DNA of 64,000 nucleotides, taken from Cenarchaeum sp. GTDB taxonomy: Archaea > Thermoproteota > Nitrososphaeria > Nitrososphaerales > Nitrosopumilaceae. Every line of letters starts with the position of its first letter. Within the stretch, counting starts at the first letter, position 1. The position numbers and the translations under genes are program-made. Below the pieces are notes generated by a model. That model was not told where the DNA came from. It was given only the letters and a program-made list of their open reading frames with translations, and did no database searches. Positions 1-9,849 of the stretch are shown here, in pieces. Where the stretch lies: positions 1,792,001-1,856,000 of the forward strand of contig OY843768.1 of the NCBI GenBank assembly GCA_963693095.2, read 5' to 3'.

Positions 1-360
1 AAGTTCAACGCGGACACGTTCGCGCAGTACCTTGCGGAGCTGCACGGGAAGTTCGGCAAGATCGCCGTCATCGTCGACAGGGCTCCCCAGCACCGCGCGG
101 GGGCGGTCAAGGACCTGCTGCGCGCCAACGGCGAGATCAAGCTCATCGAGCTGCCGGTGGGATCCCCGCAGCTAAGCGCCATCGAGGGGACGTGGCGCAT
201 ACTCAAGAGGGACGTCAGGGTCCCGGGGCAACCACGAACCCTGGACGAGCTGAGGATCGCGGTCGGCGAGTACCTCAGGACCAAGCGGTTCAACCTGAAC
301 ATCTACGCATACCTGAACAGGAAGGTCGTGGAAGGTCACACGAACTTTAGCTCGTGAGTA
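1..360 (+). mobile_element. IS630-family element, 3' part (runs off the window start)
   Basis: Near-identical to the reverse complement of 43587-43946. Encodes the transposase C-terminus (IVDRAPQH...LSAIEGTW) with stop at 357. Right inverted repeat ACGAACTTTAGCTCGTGAGTA ends at 360 and is followed by TA. Confidence 0.93.
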
Positions 361-3300
361 TAGTCCTGGAAAGCTTATTGAACGAAAAGTTTGGCAACAA
401 TGTCTGGATCGCAGAAATTACTCAAAAAAACTCCCAGACACACTCCAAAAGATCACGCCCTGATCTCATTGGCTATATTGATGGAATCAAAATAGTGATA
501 GAATGTTCTTATGACAAGCTTGATGCCCAGCGTGATGCTCGAAAAAGAATTAAATATGCTGATATTGTTGTCGCACTACATTATCCAAAAATTATTGCGG
601 GAGGAACACTGAAAATTAAATCTCAATTACAAAAATCTAGTTTTTTCATCAAGATTATTCGTCCATATAGTTCTACTAATGATGATTGGTTTGCTGTTAC
701 ATTAGGCGATCTGGAAACTTCATTGTTTAATTTATCATCTGATTTTTTGAAAAATGTAGATCAATTTGTAACCCTCATACAACATGGAGCACATGATTTT
801 GCTTGTCATTTATTGGCTTCTGATAGTAAATTAATCTTGTCGGGCAAAATTCTAAATTTGTTTTATCGACATCTCGGACAAGGTGATTGGCCAGTAGATG
901 AAACATCTGACGAACTGATTATATATAAGCAAGCTTACCTTTCAATTGTTCTTTCTGCACTATTTTATCAAACTGTCAAACCAAATTATGATATTCTAAA
1001 ACCATTAGAATCTGATCACACGAGTCTTCGCAAATCGATAATTACCCAATTTCAAAATATGATCAATAACATTAATTATGAACCTGTGTTTTATGTTGCA
1101 ATTCAGGTTCTTAATATTCTCCCTGATACTAAAATTCTTTTTGAAAAGATACTTGATACCGTTTCACAAATCATTGAAAATCCGGCAGTACTTCACAAGG
1201 ATCTGGCAGGACGGTTATATCATCAAATTGTCGGAGATAAAAAAATCATGAAGGGTCTTGCTACATATTTCACACAAATACCTTCGTCATATTTACTTGC
1301 ACGATTGGCAATAACTGATAACCAGCTCGCTAACGGCATTCCGATCAACACTTCTGTTGTTGATTTTGCGTGTGGTAGTGGTACATTACTCATGGCAGCA
1401 TATTCAGCTTTGGCAGATCTGCATCGCTCAACTTCTAATTTATCTCCTCGGGTTTTTCACAAGAAAATTTTAGAATCTAATTTGCATGGCTATGATGTCC
1501 TTCGTTACGCTCTGCAAATTACTGCATTAAATCTTTTATTGAGACAACCATCTGAGCCAGTTGCTCAGCTCCATTTAACTGCAGCTCCGTTAAGCGGATC
1601 AGGTGATGGAAGACTGGGTTCTTTAGAACTTTTATCAAAAGCAGCTGATCTTACTGCATTTTTACCTTATGATCCTCGGGTTAAAGGCACTGATGTTGTT
1701 TTTGGTAAAAGTGACTCATCTAAAACCATCACACCTGCGAACGATCTAAGTAGTTTGATGGATTTGCGCGCGTATGATATTTCTTCTGATTGGAATTCAA
1801 TAGTTAACCGTGAAACAACACGTATAATTTCTACTCTTGAATCATGCTATGACAATTCAAATGAATTCAAGTTATTCTACAACACACTTTCTTTCATAAT
1901 CCCATTTTTGTACAAAAATCGTCTGACTCAACCAACCATGAAAATGTTATATGATCTTTTTGATAGCTTACATTTGGAAACTACTTCTAAATTAAAAGAT
2001 ATAATTGGTGCTAAAAATACAACGATGATCATTCCACAGATCAAAGCTATCCCAAAGTCTGCTTTACAACGTCTTGCTGACATGATATTACCTTATGCTA
2101 TTCCACAACAACTTGATCCTAGAACAAAATTTGATTTAGTAATCATGAATCCTCCATTTACACGTGCGAGTCGTGGCGGCGCTGCTGGAAATACCATCTT
2201 TGGCTTTACCGGTGACAATGCTACCACATTAGATGCTCGATTTACACAGCTTATGCAAGATCTTACATTGACTCATCCCATTAATTCTTCTAAATTGCCT
2301 AATGGTACTCCCAATTCACATAACAGTTCTGCATTGGCAGGTTTGGGAGTCGCGTTCATTCATCTCGCCGTACAACGTGTTAAACCCAATGGCCGTATTG
2401 CATTTGTTGTACCGCGGGGATTAATTCAGGGTTCTACATGGACTGATGTTAGGCAATTACTCTTAAACACATGTCATATAGAATACATTATAAGTCGTAT
2501 GGATGGAACCGGATATGTCAATTTTTCAGAATCTACTGATCTTAGTGAAATTATGTTTGTCGCTAAAAGATTTAATGGTAATGAATCCACATCAAATATT
2601 GCAAAACGCAAGACTAAATTTTGTATATTGAAAACACCACTTATATCAATTTTAGATGCAATACGATTCACAGCTAAAATTCAAAAGTGTTTCTCTGATG
2701 ATGATGTAGATATCACAGAAGTCTGTCATTCTAATTTACAATCACATATTAACAATTGGGGACGCTATGCAATTTTTCTTAACTCTCCCTACCCGAACAT
2801 ATTAAATCGTATAGAAAAAGGAAATATTTGTTTTAATATTAAACTTCATATGTCTTCAATCGGTGATCAATGTACTATAGGGGTTGTATCTAGGAGATTC
2901 ACAGATTCACTTAAACGTGGTTCCGGTTCTTATCCTGTAGTGTGGGGCGGCGGTGAGGGTGCTAGGAGTACTATTAATGTACAATCTAATGAAGTTTGTC
3001 ATGCAATTACATCGAACGGAACTAAAATTCTAAAACGCAACCCTGCTAATTTACTACTTCCTGATAGAATATGGCTTGACACAATACACACATTTGCTTT
3101 ATGGTGTGATGAAAAAGTCCTATCTAATACTTTTTTTGCTATAAATTTAAACACATATGAAAACAACTCGTCTATTCATAAAGCGTTGTGCGTGTGGCTC
3201 AATTCTATTTGGGGAATTGTTAGTATACTGGGACATCAAACAATCACTCGTGGAAAATGGTCTCGTTTATCGATATCTCGATGGCGTATGTTGCTAATCC

Positions 3301-3605
3301 CTAACATGTCTCATCTTCCTTCTGATGTAATTAATTCTTTAGCATTATTGATGGATAAATACAAGTATAAAGACTTTGGAAGATTTCCTATTCAGTTTTC
3401 TAAAAATTCTATACGTGAAAAATTTGACTATGAAATTTTGAAAATTCTTGTTGATCATATGAATATGCCCAATGATGTTTGTCAACCTGATCCAGACGTA
3501 TTGTTAAATGAAATTCATAAACTATATGAGATGCTCAACACGACGTTTGATGCGCTCAGCAAACAACCTGATTCGGATTCTATGCTGGATAATACTGAAA
3601 CTTAG
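354..3605 (+). CDS. Type IIG-like restriction-modification fusion (nuclease + N6-adenine MTase + specificity domain); 5' end abuts IS630
   Basis: N-terminal RPDL...VIECS nuclease-like motif, MTase motif I DFACGSG and motif IV MNPPF. 1083 aa and AT-rich. The GTG start lies inside the IS end. Confidence 0.8.
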   Translation: MSIVLESLLNEKFGNNVWIAEITQKNSQTHSKRSRPDLIGYIDGIKIVIECSYDKLDAQRDARKRIKYADIVVALHYPKIIAGGTLKIKSQLQKSSFFIKIIRPYSSTNDDWFAVTLGDLETSLFNLSSDFLKNVDQFVTLIQHGAHDFACHLLASDSKLILSGKILNLFYRHLGQGDWPVDETSDELIIYKQAYLSIVLSALFYQTVKPNYDILKPLESDHTSLRKSIITQFQNMINNINYEPVFYVAIQVLNILPDTKILFEKILDTVSQIIENPAVLHKDLAGRLYHQIVGDKKIMKGLATYFTQIPSSYLLARLAITDNQLANGIPINTSVVDFACGSGTLLMAAYSALADLHRSTSNLSPRVFHKKILESNLHGYDVLRYALQITALNLLLRQPSEPVAQLHLTAAPLSGSGDGRLGSLELLSKAADLTAFLPYDPRVKGTDVVFGKSDSSKTITPANDLSSLMDLRAYDISSDWNSIVNRETTRIISTLESCYDNSNEFKLFYNTLSFIIPFLYKNRLTQPTMKMLYDLFDSLHLETTSKLKDIIGAKNTTMIIPQIKAIPKSALQRLADMILPYAIPQQLDPRTKFDLVIMNPPFTRASRGGAAGNTIFGFTGDNATTLDARFTQLMQDLTLTHPINSSKLPNGTPNSHNSSALAGLGVAFIHLAVQRVKPNGRIAFVVPRGLIQGSTWTDVRQLLLNTCHIEYIISRMDGTGYVNFSESTDLSEIMFVAKRFNGNESTSNIAKRKTKFCILKTPLISILDAIRFTAKIQKCFSDDDVDITEVCHSNLQSHINNWGRYAIFLNSPYPNILNRIEKGNICFNIKLHMSSIGDQCTIGVVSRRFTDSLKRGSGSYPVVWGGGEGARSTINVQSNEVCHAITSNGTKILKRNPANLLLPDRIWLDTIHTFALWCDEKVLSNTFFAINLNTYENNSSIHKALCVWLNSIWGIVSILGHQTITRGKWSRLSISRWRMLLIPNMSHLPSDVINSLALLMDKYKYKDFGRFPIQFSKNSIREKFDYEILKILVDHMNMPNDVCQPDPDVLLNEIHKLYEMLNTTFDALSKQPDSDSMLDNTET

Positions 3606-3735
3606 TCTTTTTTATGACACTCTAATCATTTCCAGTTTATTCGTCTTATTTTACCTAATATTCTGTGGTATGCTCCATTCAGCATGTTGTTCTTGGAGCT
3701 TCATTCATTACCGTTTATTTACTTTATCTGTACCT

Positions 3736-3856
3736 GGCGATATGAGGTCAGCATCACTGCCCGCTCATGTTCATCTAGCCATCACCGTATCGAGCCGATC
3801 AGCAGGATCCACGCCTATTTGATCAAATGGACAGCAAGGTGCTGGCCTCATACGCC
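3736..3856. repeat. ~120-bp imperfect inverted-repeat element, homologous to 23920-24032
   Basis: Arms GGCG(A)TATGAGGTCAGCATC and GGTGCTGGCCTCATACGCC. Loop motif AGGATCCACGCCTAT is shared with the second copy in reverse orientation. Confidence 0.6.
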
Positions 3857-3891
3857 TAGTGCTGCGTGATTCCACACCATTTTAATCGCCC

Positions 3892-4491
3892 ATGGTGGGC
3901 CGCCCCGTCGTGATAGTCACAATCGAGGGCGCAGACCAGGCAGGCAAGGGGACACAGGCCTCAATGCTCGCGCGCGCCCTGCGCAGGCGCGGCACGGGAT
4001 GTGCGCTCTTTAGCCTGCCTGACTATACGACCCCCGTGGGCCGCGTTCTTGCCGGCCTCCTTGCCGGCCGGCGCGACATGCGCCCGCAGCTCGTCCACAC
4101 GCTCATGGCGGCCAACCGCTGGGAGATCCTCCCCAGGATGGAGCGCGCCCTAGAGTCTGGCCGGACCGTCATAATGGACCGCTATTACCACTCCAATGTC
4201 GCCTATGGCATGGCCAACGGCCTGCGCCGCGCGTGGCTCGAGTCCCTTGATGCCGGCCTTCCGAGAAGCGACATCGTCATACTCCTCGACTCGCACCACG
4301 CCGAGTCGTTTCGCCGCAAGTCGACCAACCGCGACCGCTTTGAGCGCGATGCGGTCTTTCTCGGCAAGGTCTCGCGCATATATCGCCAGATGGCCCGCCG
4401 CGGCCGCTGGCCAACGCTTGACGCAACTGCGCCGCGCGAGGAGATTCACGCGCGCATAATGGAGATCGTCTCGCGGAGGATGCGCACATGA
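3892..4491 (+). CDS. tmk: thymidylate kinase
   Basis: IEGADQAGKGTQ P-loop, DRY motif, ~199 aa. Confidence 0.92.
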   Translation: MVGRPVVIVTIEGADQAGKGTQASMLARALRRRGTGCALFSLPDYTTPVGRVLAGLLAGRRDMRPQLVHTLMAANRWEILPRMERALESGRTVIMDRYYHSNVAYGMANGLRRAWLESLDAGLPRSDIVILLDSHHAESFRRKSTNRDRFERDAVFLGKVSRIYRQMARRGRWPTLDATAPREEIHARIMEIVSRRMRT

Positions 4492-5723
4492 TCACCGAGA
4501 TCATCGACCCAATCCACGGGTTTATCGAGGCGAGTCCTACGGAGATGCGCCTCATCGACGATCCCTCATTTCAGCGCCTTCGCCGGATAAACCAGCTCGC
4601 CGGTGCGCACCTTGTCTATCCGGGCGCACGCCACGCGAGATTCGAGCACTCACTAGGCGCGATGCACATATCGGGCATGGCCGCCACGTCGCTAAAGAAC
4701 CGCTCACAGATCACCGAGTCACAAGGCAGCGCGCTTCGCCTCGCCGGACTGATCCACGACATTGGCCACGGGCCGTTCTCGCACCTCTTTGAGTCAGTCA
4801 TGCGCCGGCACCGTGGACTCGGCGGCGCGTCACACGAGCAGATTGGACGGCGAATACTAGAGGAGACCTCACTCGGCGACGCGCTGGGCCGCACGCGCCG
4901 CCGTGTCGCGGATCTCGCCTTTGGCGGCACAGCGCCCTCGGCCCTCCCAGAGATAATCTCTGGTGTCATGGGGACCGACACGATGGACTATCTCTTGCGC
5001 GACGGCCACTTCACGGGCTCCGAGCACGCGCGCGTCGACCACCGCCGCCTCGTCGCCTCACTTGAGAGGCTCGGTGACAGGATGGGCCTTGCGCGCTCGG
5101 CCCTCCACTCCTTTGAGTCAATGATGCACTCACGCCGCCAAATGTTCCGGACCGTCTACTTTCACCGCGCTGTCCGCGCCGCACAGTCGATGATGCTGCG
5201 CGCCTTTGACCTGGCCGCCGGCGAGCTCGGCCTCTCCTCGCTCACGCTAGAGGAGTATGTGGGCCTGACTGACGAGTCGACCATGGCGCTCCTCACGACG
5301 ATGCGCCCCTCCACGCCGGCGATCCGCGACGCGCAGCGCCTTGCCTTTGAGTACGCCTCGCGCATACTCCCAAAGTGCGTCCTAGACGTGCCCCTTGAGG
5401 ATCGCGCCCCGGACACCGCCCAGATGGGCTCAGAGATAGCCGAGCGCGCCGGCGTCGCCGAAAATGCCGTCCTAGTCGACGTGACAGGCGTCTCCTCGAT
5501 GCCGCTAGGGGCCGGCGGGCGCTCGATGAGGCACATCACGCTCGTCTCATCAGGCTCGCGTGGAACGAGGACTGCCGAGGACGTGCCGTTCTCGCGACTC
5601 CCGCTGCTCGCCGCGCTCCTCGGCTCGATGGGGACGCTGCGCGTCTATGCGAGGAGCAACACAAAAAAGGTCGCCGCAGCCGCCACCGCATCACACAGAA
5701 AATGGCAAGGAGAAAGCGCATAG
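4488..5723 (+). CDS. HD-domain phosphohydrolase (dNTP triphosphohydrolase-like)
   Basis: DPIHG, FQRLRRINQL, RFEHSLG, HDIGHGPFSH and DYLLRD motifs. Confidence 0.9.
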   Translation: MITEIIDPIHGFIEASPTEMRLIDDPSFQRLRRINQLAGAHLVYPGARHARFEHSLGAMHISGMAATSLKNRSQITESQGSALRLAGLIHDIGHGPFSHLFESVMRRHRGLGGASHEQIGRRILEETSLGDALGRTRRRVADLAFGGTAPSALPEIISGVMGTDTMDYLLRDGHFTGSEHARVDHRRLVASLERLGDRMGLARSALHSFESMMHSRRQMFRTVYFHRAVRAAQSMMLRAFDLAAGELGLSSLTLEEYVGLTDESTMALLTTMRPSTPAIRDAQRLAFEYASRILPKCVLDVPLEDRAPDTAQMGSEIAERAGVAENAVLVDVTGVSSMPLGAGGRSMRHITLVSSGSRGTRTAEDVPFSRLPLLAALLGSMGTLRVYARSNTKKVAAAATASHRKWQGESA

Positions 5724-6460
5724 TCATAAAGCTCTCGGGGAGCTCGTTTGCGCCTGAGGCCATCGGGCGCCTAAAGGACCATGCCGCCGTCCTCCTCGCC
5801 GCGTCTGCCTCGTGCCAGCCCATAGTCGTCGCCGGAGGTGGGGCGATCGCGCGGACCTACATATCGCATGCGCGGGCCGCAGGGGCCGACGAGTCGACGC
5901 TAGACGAGCTCGGAATCGACATATCGAGGCTCAACGCGCGCCTCCTCATACACCCCCTCGGGCGCCACGCGCACGCGCACCCGCCAGAGACGCTGCGCGA
6001 GGCCGAGCGAGCCGCCGACACGGGCAAGATCATAGTGGCCGGCGGGCTCTATCCGGGCCAGAGCACCAACGGGACGGCTGCGCTCATCGCCGAGCGTCTC
6101 AGGGCTGACGAGTTCATCAACGCAACTGACGTTGACGCAATATATGACAGCGACCCAAACAAGAACAGCGGCGCAAAAAAGCTCTCGCGAATAGCTATCG
6201 CCGACCTGCGCTCCATGCTCGTCCATGAGGGCTCGATGGCCGGCGGTTATGACCTCATGGACATTATCGCGCTAAAGGTCATCGAGCGCTCGCGCATACG
6301 GACGCGCGTCATACGCTCCGAGCCAAAAACGATAGCAGCAGCCCTTGGGGGACGGCGCACTGGAACCGAGATCATTCACGAAGCGTTGGATAGCGGTCGT
6401 TCCAAATCTCGACGTGCGAGCCGGCAAACTCGGGCATCCCGGACTCGACGAGCTTCCTGA
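5702..6460 (+). CDS. pyrH: UMP kinase (archaeal type)
   Basis: IVIKLSGS, VAGGGAIAR, PGQSTNGTAALIAE and ATDVD motifs. Confidence 0.92.
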   Translation: MARRKRIVIKLSGSSFAPEAIGRLKDHAAVLLAASASCQPIVVAGGGAIARTYISHARAAGADESTLDELGIDISRLNARLLIHPLGRHAHAHPPETLREAERAADTGKIIVAGGLYPGQSTNGTAALIAERLRADEFINATDVDAIYDSDPNKNSGAKKLSRIAIADLRSMLVHEGSMAGGYDLMDIIALKVIERSRIRTRVIRSEPKTIAAALGGRRTGTEIIHEALDSGRSKSRRASRQTRASRTRRAS

Positions 6461-6716
6461 ATATCGACATTGCCTCCTCGCGCTCTAGCGCGCGCGACTG
6501 GGCCTTTGTGAATCCGTCAGCATCAACTATTATCGCAACGTGGCCGTCTGGCGAGCGTATCGCCGAGGCGAGCTCCTCCTCGCCGACGGGGACAAACGTG
6601 CCGTTGACCTTTTTTGTCGTGAGCGTCAGCATCGAAAAGCCCGCAATGTCAAACAGGCGCATCTGTGATTTTGACGCGCGCCGCTTTCCCTCCCTGACTG
6701 CCTCAAAGTACTGCAC
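6372..6716 (-). CDS. hypothetical protein
   Basis: Open frame with host-like codon use. Probable GTG start (VQYFEAV) lies about 27-33 bp from a TTATTATT box. Confidence 0.65.
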   Translation of the reverse strand: MQYFEAVREGKRRASKSQMRLFDIAGFSMLTLTTKKVNGTFVPVGEEELASAIRSPDGHVAIIVDADGFTKAQSRALEREEAMSIFRKLVESGMPEFAGSHVEIWNDRYPTLRE

Positions 6717-6776
6717 TGTGACACGCCGCGCACACGTGCGCAAATAATAAGCAATGCATGCAGGCGCGAACCTTGG

Positions 6777-7187
6777 CTACCTGCGGGCGCGCCTGGCCGC
6801 CGGCCTTGCGCGCGTGCTGGCCTTGCGCACACGCCTTCCGGGGGGACGGCCCACCATTCCGCCGCCGGGAGCCACTGTGCTCTGGCCGCGCCTTGTGACG
6901 CAGTTGGGGCAGTATATGCGAACGCGCCCGCGCTTGTTGCGCTGGAACGGCGCACCGCAGCGCGCACACTTGCGCTTTCGCTCCGAGATCGTCTCCCTGC
7001 CCTGCGTGCCCGAGTAGCGCTCGCGCGCAAGCCGCGCCCTGCGCTCCTTTACCTCTGGGCGCGCGCCGTACTCGGCCATGAGCCTCTTGTGCTTTGCGGC
7101 GTTGCCCGGCATCGCATAGTACTTTCTCATGTACGCGTTGTACTTGGACCTGTCGGCCTCCCTCACGCGCGTCGTTATGCGACCCAT
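6777..7187 (-). CDS. small basic protein with a C4 zinc ribbon
   Basis: CARC-x15-CPNC, Arg/Lys-rich. TATA box at ~7211-7217 sits at leaderless spacing from ATG 7187. Confidence 0.55.
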   Translation of the reverse strand: MGRITTRVREADRSKYNAYMRKYYAMPGNAAKHKRLMAEYGARPEVKERRARLARERYSGTQGRETISERKRKCARCGAPFQRNKRGRVRIYCPNCVTRRGQSTVAPGGGMVGRPPGRRVRKASTRARPAARRARR

Positions 7188-7284
7188 CGGCGAGGCGGCC
7201 AAATGCGTGGTATATAATCATATTACGCGCGCTGCGCACACGGATCCCCCAATGGCAGCCGTCGCCCCCCTTGCAGGGCCTGCG

Positions 7285-7992
7285 CTAGCGCATCTCGCGC
7301 GCCATCCGGCGACACTCGGCGGCCTCCTCGGAGCGGCCTAGGAGCTCGAGGACTGCCCCCTTTGAGCCATACGCGCCGGCATCCGTGGGATCAAGCTCGA
7401 TCGAGCGCTCGATCGAGGCTAGCGACTCGGTGTGCCTGCCGAGTGCGCCGAGGGCGATTCCCCTGGCGTGGTGTGCGGCACCAAGTGAGGCGTTCTCGGC
7501 TATTGCGTCATCGGCGCACTTGAGGGCCTCAGAATGGCGACCCATCGCGCCGAGTATGTTGGCACTCGCACAGTGCGAGCGCCCGTCACCCGGCTCGCAA
7601 CCGGCTGCCCTCTTTAGCGCGTCGAGTGCCTCGTCGTACCTTCCGAGTGCGGCAAGCGCGACGCCGATGCCGTGGTGTGCCCTGCCCATGCTAGGATCGC
7701 ATCCGACTGCGCGCCCAAAGCTCTCGGCTGCCTCGGCATGGCGCCCGAGGCCGCCGAGGGCGACGCCGATGTTATAGTGAATGCTCGGGTTTTGGGGATC
7801 GACTCCGTCAGCCTCCCTGCCGCACTCTATGACGCCCTTGTGGTCTGCGCGCCTAATGAGTGCGACTAGGGCCTTTTGGTACTCGGATGCGGCCTCTTCG
7901 GCCTGCCCGCCATCGCGCAGGCTGCTCGCGCGGCGCCAGTGCTCCTCGGCCTCTGCATCCCCCGTGCGCCTGCGCAGTCCAAACACGTCCAC
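7285..7992 (-). CDS. TPR-repeat protein
   Basis: Repeated ALG.LGR..EA...A...P TPR units. The start is trimmed from the 523-aa track ORF because its 5' part is the antisense of rnz. Confidence 0.8.
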   Translation of the reverse strand: MDVFGLRRRTGDAEAEEHWRRASSLRDGGQAEEAASEYQKALVALIRRADHKGVIECGREADGVDPQNPSIHYNIGVALGGLGRHAEAAESFGRAVGCDPSMGRAHHGIGVALAALGRYDEALDALKRAAGCEPGDGRSHCASANILGAMGRHSEALKCADDAIAENASLGAAHHARGIALGALGRHTESLASIERSIELDPTDAGAYGSKGAVLELLGRSEEAAECRRMAREMR

Positions 7993-8085
7993 GGCGGTCC
8001 CGCGCCGCCGATATATCCGTTTAATGGGCCGCGCGCCCCTGGTGCGCCTATAGGCATAAAAGCGCGCGCGGCGCGCGCGGCGCGC

Positions 8086-8982
8086 ATGAAGATTGTGTTT
8101 CTTGGCACGTCGGCTGCCGTGCCGACTGCCGAGCGGGGCCTGGCATGCACGTGCGTCGAGCGCGACGGCGAGCTCTTTGTGTTCGATGCCGGCGAGGGCG
8201 CGCAGATGGCCTTTGCGCGCGCGCGCCTGGGCTGGAACCGGCCAACGCGGATATTCGTGACGCACATGCACGGGGACCACTGCATAGGGGTTCTTGGCCT
8301 GATCCAGACGATGTCGCTCCACCGCCGAACCGAGGCCCTCGAGGTGTACGGCCCGCGCGGGATCGACGAGTTTGTCGCCTCTAGCCTGCGCGCCCTTGAC
8401 GTTCTGCCGACGTTTCCGCTGGCGATCACGCCCGTCTCGGCCGGCCCTGTCCTTGACACCGGAGAGTGTGCCGTCTCGGCGTGCGCGGCCCACCACAGGG
8501 TCGAGGCATACTCTTACCTCCTCGCCGAGCATGACAGGCAGGGTAGGTTCCACCCCGAGAGGGCCGAGGCACTCGGCGTCCCAAAGGGGCCCCTCTGGCA
8601 CGACCTCCAGTCCGGCCGCGACGTGAACGTGAATGGCAAAAAGGTCAGCGCGCGCGAGGTCACCGACGGCCCGCGCCGTGGCGTGAGCGTCGGCATCTCT
8701 GGTGACACGAGGCCGACGCGCGAGCTGGAAGAGTTCTTTGCGGACTGTGACTGGCTCGTGTTCGAGTCGACGTTCTCGCATGACCTGCGCCAAAAGGCCC
8801 TCGAGACGCTCCACACGACGGCCCGCGAGGCCGGCGAGCTCGCCGCGCGCATACACGCCAAAAACCTCGTCCTAACGCACTTTTCTGCGCGCCATGCCGA
8901 CGTCACCGGACTCGTCGCAGAGGCCGGCGAGGCCCATGATTCGGTTCGCGCTGCTGCTGACGGCATGGAGATAGCAGTCTAG
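8086..8982 (+). CDS. rnz: ribonuclease Z
   Basis: MKIVFLGTS start, DAGEG, THMHGDH metallo-beta-lactamase motif, exosite GVPKGP, SGDTRP and LTHFS. Confidence 0.95.
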   Translation: MKIVFLGTSAAVPTAERGLACTCVERDGELFVFDAGEGAQMAFARARLGWNRPTRIFVTHMHGDHCIGVLGLIQTMSLHRRTEALEVYGPRGIDEFVASSLRALDVLPTFPLAITPVSAGPVLDTGECAVSACAAHHRVEAYSYLLAEHDRQGRFHPERAEALGVPKGPLWHDLQSGRDVNVNGKKVSAREVTDGPRRGVSVGISGDTRPTRELEEFFADCDWLVFESTFSHDLRQKALETLHTTAREAGELAARIHAKNLVLTHFSARHADVTGLVAEAGEAHDSVRAAADGMEIAV

Positions 8983-9209
8983 CCGGGCAGCGTGCTCATT
9001 ATGGTGCTGCCGACTGAGGAGAGCGCGCCGGTGAGCGCACCGCTGATCGATTCGGTGACCCACGAGATCGCGCCGTCGCGCACGCCGGCGATATCCTTTG
9101 ACAGCGCGCCGATGACGCCATCGAGGCTAGGAAATGCGGCGACTGTCTGCGGGAGGAACATGACTGCGCCGACTATGGCGATGACTATGACGATGAGCGC
9201 CCTGATCAC
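8979..9209 (-). CDS. small membrane-anchored hypothetical protein
   Basis: Hydrophobic N-terminal helix, 76 aa, TATA-like box upstream. Confidence 0.6.
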   Translation of the reverse strand: MIRALIVIVIAIVGAVMFLPQTVAAFPSLDGVIGALSKDIAGVRDGAISWVTESISGALTGALSSVGSTIMSTLPG

Positions 9210-9447
9210 GCCATCTAGTCGCGGATCGCCTTTTTACGCGCTAGCTGAAACTTTTGGCATGCCTCGCGTTAATTTTGTTGAGTTGCGTGCGCCTGTGATG
9301 CTCTTGGCGAGCTCGAAATAGGCCGCATTGGGGCCGGATTCAGAGTGTGCGCCCACGGGAACCGCCTTGCCGGACACAGGGGAGCGCAACGGTGACTATG
9401 ATGCCCTAGCGCAGCGCAGTCCTGAAAACGGTGGCCATGATCCCCGC

Positions 9448-9849
9448 TCACTGCCTCCTCGGCACAAGCCAGTCGACTATGGCTTCGATCTCTGGCGAGG
9501 TGATCCGCAGCGTTATTGGGCCGAGGGGCGACTCTTCGGCGTCTGAGCACAGCGCTATCGAGCCGGCAGCGGCGGCCTGCTTGTTGAGGTATACCCACGT
9601 CGTCTCCCCGTCGGTGTTGAGGCGCATCCTGCGCCGCCATGCCGAACCACTCCCCCTCGACCTGACCGTCTCGCGTATGCGCACCAGCGATGCAGCCGAG
9701 TCTGCAGCTGACTCGGCCGTCCCGTCACCAACGCTAGTCTTGCCGCCGTCAAGAACCGTCTCCAGGGCGCGCCTTATGGCGCCCTCGTCCTCGGACGCAA
9801 AGACGTCGCATGACGCACTCACCGAGCATGCCGCTGCCGGAAGCGTCAT
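9448..9849 (-). CDS. UPF0201/DUF54-like RNA-binding-fold protein
   Basis: ASED...LNKQAAAAG...ESPLGPI signature. Coupled to the upstream kinase-like gene. Confidence 0.75.
   Translation of the reverse strand: MTLPAAACSVSASCDVFASEDEGAIRRALETVLDGGKTSVGDGTAESAADSAASLVRIRETVRSRGSGSAWRRRMRLNTDGETTWVYLNKQAAAAGSIALCSDAEESPLGPITLRITSPEIEAIVDWLVPRRQ

Noticed and set aside
7993-8856. N-terminal 287 aa of the 523-aa minus-strand ORF
   Set aside because: It is the antisense shadow of rnz; the TPR gene most likely starts at 7992.
9215-9447. Possible ncRNA (C/D box, SRP or RNase P) in the intergenic gap
   Set aside because: Only partial box-like words are present; no convincing motif set or structure.
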